This document shows, in pieces, positions 57,723-64,000 of a stretch of DNA of 64,000 nucleotides. Under the pieces are notes generated by a model. That model made no database searches. It saw only the letters and a list, made by a program, of their open reading frames with translations, and was not told the origin of the DNA. Source of the stretch: Eledone cirrhosa (lineage: Eukaryota); the NCBI GenBank assembly GCA_964016885.1, contig OZ024750.1, forward strand, positions 10,912,001 to 10,976,000, read 5' to 3'. Every line of letters starts with the position of its first letter. Position 1 is the first letter of the stretch. A program made the translations under genes and the position numbers.

Positions 57723-57821
57723 TATGTTACACTGTCTAGCTCTACACTTCGATACTGACGGGAACCTAAAGATCGAGTGCTCACTCGGCTGAACCTACAG
57801 TAACTCCGCGCTTTACTTGGA

Positions 57822-57844
<23 letters not shown>

Positions 57845-57853
<9 letters not shown>

Positions 57854-58289
57854 AAATCAGGAAAGAAGAGTGACACGGTTTGCTATACAAAAAAGGTTTT
57901 TAATCTCATTGCTGACAATTGTTTCTCTGAACTGGTAGGTCTAGAGATCGCTATCCGCTTATTTTCACGTTACTCGATCGCCAATACAAAGTTATAATCA
58001 GTCAGTTCATCGGAGGTTGCGAGAATGAAAACAATATACAGGCTACATATAGTAGCCTGTATATTCTTTTCATGCCTGTATATTCTTTTCATGCCTGTAT
58101 ATTCTTTTCATTCTCGCAAGCTCCGATGAACTGACTGGTTATAACTTTGTATTGGCGATCGAGTAACGTGAAAATAAGCGGATAGCTATCTCTAGACCTA
58201 CCAGTTCAGAGAAACAATTGTCAGCAATGAGATTAAAAACCTTTTTTGTATAGCAAACCGTGTCACTCTTCTTTCCTGATTTATTATTA
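57845..58289. mobile_element. Long fold-back (about 200-bp arms) carrying a hammerhead-like motif in each arm
   Basis: Near-perfect inverted arms; centre tacaggctac-atata-gtagcctgta; 19-bp unit gcctgtatattcttttcat triplicated in the right arm. Confidence 0.8.
58113..58231 (+). ncRNA. Hammerhead-like motif, CCGAUGA core with about 60-nt insert in stem II
   Basis: gct-CCGATGA(58123-58129)-a-ctgactggt...accagttcag-a-GAAA(58211-58214)-caattg-TC-agc. Confidence 0.55.
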
Positions 58290-58451
58290 CTCCAAGTGTT
58301 TACGACATAGGAATTACAGCGTACTCGCAGCATCACTATGGAAACGCCTTGTTGAGTCAAACTTAGCCAAGCGTTGATATCATCCACTACCCGGAGTACC
58401 ATAACTGGACTACACCTAAGTGGACTACATATAACAATAATTTGTTACCCC

Positions 58452-58539
<88 letters not shown>

Positions 58540-59709
58540 TTATATATATATATATATATATATATATCTTCCAGTGAAGGATAGAAGTCAAATATATATA
58601 TATATATACATCACGGGCTCTATATTTCACTCAAGCCATCACATTATTCCAATACATTCTGATCTCTTTCAAACGTCATATCTGATTTATTTTATAATTA
58701 TTTAATTCATTTGCTCTCAGTTTTTTTAATTATTTACATTCCTTCCTCGTCCATCTCATTTTCGCCATTTTCTTCATTATTATTTTCTTTTCTCTTTCAT
58801 AATATTTTTATTTTCTATTTCCCCCATTTATATATATCACTATGTCTTTCTTTGTTATTTTTCTACTTTTCATTTTTATGATAACCCCACAAGAACATTT
58901 CACTTTCTACATCGTGCAAACGTCTGTTTTTTTCTATTGAATAAACTCGATTCTTTTAGTGACGATTCATTCTACAGGAGGAAATATTCTAAATTGAATC
59001 TACGATATTACATATTTTCAATTAAGAATTGTTCGATTATCTTTTTATTTTATACCATTAATTTTTTTATCTTCATCCCTTCCTTGTCTGTAAAAATTAC
59101 ATCGATTTTCCAAGAATAATAGTAAATCTAGAAGTTTCGAAACCATATTCCATTCGTTTCCCAGGAGATATGCTCACAAAATAAATATCTCAGTTGACAA
59201 CCAATTATCCCAAAGTCACCTTTTTCTTTCTCTTTCTTTCTTCCTATATTTATTTTCTTTCCTGTTGTGACCTCTCTACTTACAAAATCCGCTCTAGACA
59301 ATCTTCCGTCAGTTTGGTGCCCTGTGGGGATTTTAATAGACCATAGTGCTTACATTCCTTGAAGTTACTACAATGTACAATGGTTCATTTGACACAATTT
59401 CACTCAATATACTTCTATCTTTGGAGATACCGTGGAGATTCCATCGTTATTAATCATTAATGGGATAAGCGTATCGATAATGTATATAATCAAACAGATA
59501 AACGATGAAGAAATCGGATTCATCTTGTGTTTCGCTTTCCCCACGGTGTAGAGTGAGACAAAGAAAAATTATATGGCAACATTATGTAATTAAAACCAGG
59601 CGTTAAGCTTAGATTATATATACCTAATCGCTGGGGTTTACACCTCACACATATATATATATATATATACATACATACATACAGAAACATATATATATAT
59701 ATATATATG

Positions 59710-59892
59710 TATAACAAAGAAGGTGTAGTAAGATACCAGGTCGACCATAATGCACCAGAGTGGGTAATATGAAAAGAGTTAGGATTCCGACGGCTGAGCT
59801 CCGGCCGTTTAGACAGCTAGATCCGAATTGTTCGGATCTAGCTGTCTAAACGGCCGGAGCTCAGCCGTCAGAATCCTAACTCTTTTCATATA
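59710..59892. mobile_element. Fold-back element family A
   Basis: Near-perfect palindrome 59768-59891 centred on ccgaattgttcgg; between (TA)n tracts. Confidence 0.7.
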
Positions 59893-59922
59893 TATCCTTG
59901 TATACATATATATATATATATA

Positions 59923-60211
59923 TAACGGCATTCCTATGTTTTAACGACAATACACTTTCTCCGGCTTCGCCTGTTCCCCCCCTTTTGGAACTTTCCCCCG
60001 TTGATGGGCGTAAGCCCGAAATATTGGGATTAAATCTCCACTACGGTAACCCTTCTACCTTTGTTTTGTTTTCATTTTCGTTTCTCTCAATTTTCACTTT
60101 TCTCCTATTTCTCACTCACTTCCTACCTCGAGATTTCCCATCTGCATTGTTGTGGCTTTCTAAACTACATATTTTACACATTTCACAATGCTTCAAGCAA
60201 ACTTTAACACC

Positions 60212-60215
<4 letters not shown>
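59923..60215 (+). mobile_element. Dispersed repeat family D
   Basis: Homolog of 32028-32325; tccc-CCGTTGA-t-gggc gtaa gccc-GAAA-tatt-ggga. Confidence 0.65.
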
Positions 60216-60307
<92 letters not shown>

Positions 60308-60324
60308 GAGAGAGAGATATATAC

Positions 60325-60605
60325 ATATTTATTAAAATAACAGATTCAAGTTTAAGCAAAGAATCGCTGCTTTCACCCTTAACGCAGCGATTCTTTGCTT
60401 AAACTTTAATCTGTTATTTTAATAAATATTTGCTCTACGGTTCTTATATATTTGATATATATTTATCCTTATCGAGCCCTCTTTGGATTTTAGTCTTCAA
60501 ATTTATTATTATTACTACATATATATATATATATATCAGAAGATCCCGTTAAGGGTGAAAGCAGCGATTCTTTGCTTTAACTTTAATCTGTTATTTTAAT
60601 AAATA
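60325..60605. mobile_element. Family B cluster (fold-back 60325-60430, fragments 60460-60510 and 60536-60605)
   Basis: Matches 16378, 17455, 23829 and 35510-35722. Confidence 0.65.
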
Positions 60606-61137
60606 TATATATATATACTCTTATACCTGTTCCAGCCATCCGGCTGAGGCCATGCTGGGGCACCGTCCTTGGATATATATATGTATGTGTGTGTGTATAA
60701 ATGTATGTATATCATTAACAACGCAGAAGAAATTATGTAATTTATGCTGATTCTGACACTGTATATAATACATTGAATTACAACTTATCGAATATCATCC
60801 AGCTTATACATATCTTTACAATTTCTTAAGGCCTTATCCAAAATAAAGAACATAATACTGTTTCTAGTTTCTTTTTACGAACTTCATTCATATATATGAG
60901 TTGTCAATAATGCTGTATTGTTTGAAATAAGATATAGAATGACAGTCAGATGCAGAAGGGACTACTTTCAATTTCCATACATATTGTAGCAAACAGGGCT
61001 TTACAATTGTAAAACCCATCAATCACCATGACATATCGAGTTAGGAGAAAACTACAAAAATATAATATTCAGCTTGTCTTTGAATATATTGATATTTCTA
61101 TAGTTCGACCTCCTCTCACTTTCGACTTGTATATATA

Positions 61138-61168
<31 letters not shown>

Positions 61169-61220
61169 TATATATGCAATCGCAAACATCTTGATATGAA
61201 AACAAGCAATTATAAAATTA

Positions 61221-61406
61221 TAATTGTTTCTACTTTTGGCACAAGGCCAGCAATTACCCAGTGCATTACTGGTACTTTATTTTATCGACCCCGTAAGGAT
61301 GAAAGGCAAAGTTAACCTCGGCTGGATTTGAAATCAGACCGTAAAGGGACGTAACTATGCTGGAAAGCATGGCGTCCGACTCTCTACCGATACTGCCAAT
61401 CCACCG
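61221..61406 (-). mobile_element. SINE, main family, TSD gcaat(t/g)ataaaattataat
   Basis: Family consensus and direct repeat. Confidence 0.88.
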
Positions 61407-61763
61407 CAATGATAAAATTATAATGATTTAGAAGTGCATAAATGCTTAAGCATGTACAGCAAGTATATATTCCAGATTAGACACACTTCAATCCAGAGTT
61501 GTAATGGCGCCTTCGTTACATCTTTGACATTTAATAACAGGCGAATCCTCTGAAGATCAGAACACACCAAATTTCTTCTAGAGAAATAGAGGGAGAACAT
61601 TTAGAAAAAGAATATAAAAGAAGAATGATCGAGGCTAGTTTTGAACTGCTACTGTATATACCTTGAAAAGCACACAATGGTGATCTTGATGAAATCTGAA
61701 CTCAGAGCGTATAGAGCCAGTACGGATTCCTCATTTAGCCGAAGTATTTCAGCCTACGTTCTA

Positions 61764-61906
<143 letters not shown>

Positions 61907-62004
61907 ACACATTGAATATAAAGCTAGTGTTGACCAACAGAGCTGGTAGCTGTTTAAATTGTTGGCTTCGACTGGTAGTAGTATTTTTTTCCTGTTTACT
62001 ATTT

Positions 62005-62062
<58 letters not shown>

Positions 62063-64000
62063 ATGTGTGTGTGTGTATGTGTGTGCGTGCGTGTGTGTGT
62101 GTGTGTGTGTGCGTGTGTGTGTGTTTGTGTGTATGTGTGTGTGTGTGTGTGTGTAAGTATATATATGTACACACACACGCACATATTTATATCTCGCCAG
62201 TTACATCGATTGAATTTTAATGATATGAAAGTTTAAATGTCGGCCATATCGCTACACTTCAAAGAAATTGAATGTTGTCTCTTCAAAGATAGAAATTTTG
62301 CAGTCGGCATGCAGAAAGATGAAAGGAAATATTTCTTTAGATGGACCATTATAGGACAACTGAAATCGTGACTAGAAAGTAGTATCAATGAAGATGAGAC
62401 AAAAATAAGGGAGACTGGTAGACCTTTAACATCTAGGCTGAGGCTGGATGTGTGATAACATGTTCTCGTGTGTAAATCTTAAAGAATAAATTTTTGACGT
62501 ACTTGGAGGAATTGTTATTAATTTTGAGTTCGATTGAAATTAAATTTCAAGTATTGAACATTGCGTTTTAAGTTAAAAACTATAACTTATTTATTTTAAT
62601 TTAAAAACTATATTTTATTCCTTTTAAGTTAAAAATTTAATTTATATGTTTTATGTTAACAAACTATATTTCATTCCTGTTAAGTTAAAAACTATATTTT
62701 ATTCGTTTTCAAAGTCGAATATTACAACATATCGCACTTCTTCAAAGGAATCTGAAATCTGTGATACATATATCTTTTCATATGTATTTGTATTTTCATG
62801 GTGTGTGATAAATTTCTGTTTCCAACTGTTTCACGGTATATTTTTTGACGTACTTAGAAATAATGTTATGAAATTTGAATAAATTTGAAATTAAACCTTG
62901 GTCTTTCAACATTAGATGAAACAACATCGAATCTTATAAAGAAAAATCTACCTTTAAAGAAATACGGTAACAAAAATCGGATATTCAATATATTTCTAAA
63001 AGAGAAGATGTTTCCCATGTATATATATAAAAAATCACGTCTAAATGATTATTGAAAATGTTTCTAGAATTCTCTATTTTCATCGTCAGTGGAAGCGATG
63101 TTGGCGTATGTTACTCACCCTTTGTCTTACACATTAGCCGTATGATTGGTATAGACGCTAACGAAATAAGTTTTATGACTGTTAGATGAGTCAGATGTGT
63201 ATAACCATTTTTGATTAGTATATGTTGACGAGGTTTATTTTGGCATTGAGCTGTGCAGCGAATATTGCTTGCCCCATTAATCATTTCTTTTTCCGAGAAT
63301 ATAGATGATTCTCTCGATTTCCATGTTTATATTGGTCATTCATATACACCTTTCTTCCGTCGACTCACATGCCTATCCAACAGCGAGGAATCGCAATGTA
63401 CTTCAATACAAAGCAGAAAACATAACTAAATAAGAACACCTTCGTGGACAAATTTGTATCCTCTATAGAATTCTCCAGAATATAGATGATTAATGATGAA
63501 AACATTACTTGTAAGAAAACACATTGCTAAATATATGAGTTAGTGAATAAACATCTCGATGATACGAATTAAGATGAGCAGCGTGTCGTTCATATCTGAG
63601 TCGTTATAACATAAATCACACCTAGATATGTTATGTTGTCTAAGTTAATATGTCTTCGAATATTTTCCCTACAGCAGTAAGACATGTGTTTTATGTGGCG
63701 TTACACGGGATTACTTCATTACCTTAACACATTTTATCTTCATCCAATTATAGTCTATAGGCAAAACCTAGTCAAGCAGATATATTACAGTAACCTTAAA
63801 GTAAGTTTCCCTTGAACAATATTATCCAGCATGACATCTCTCGCTTTTAACACGTTATTTTAGGAGGCTGAGAGATTATCGCACTGGTTCGTTCGATCTT
63901 AAGATGATACGTCGCTAATTAATGGAACTCAGATTCATCATACTTCAATGTTGCAGGAAATATCTCTTGAAAATCTGATGAATAGAACAGGACAACCCTC

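Overview
AT-rich, repeat-saturated eukaryotic DNA that is most consistent with an octopus (cephalopod) genome, judged from the abundant tRNA-headed SINE family and the dense (TA)n/(CA)n/(GA)n tracts. It looks intronic or intergenic. No host protein-coding gene can be supported, and nearly all ORF-track entries are microsatellite translations. Recognisable content: about 28 copies or fragments of one SINE family, one SINE of a second family, four CRE-clade and several RTE-clade LINE fragments, a decayed mariner transposase with its halves in swapped order, a Tc1/mariner MITE, a hAT MITE with an 8-bp TSD, and a 9 x 43-bp minisatellite. The most striking hidden signal is a set of unrelated short sequence families, usually abutting (TA)n tracts and often folded back as inverted repeats, many of which carry minimal type I hammerhead-ribozyme motifs. 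Two have canonical CUGAUGA cores and others have CAGA/CCGA variant cores, palindromic stem III or long stem II inserts. This pattern fits remnants of Penelope-like elements or non-autonomous ribozyme-bearing elements. All structures were read by eye, and coordinates of degenerate elements are approximate.
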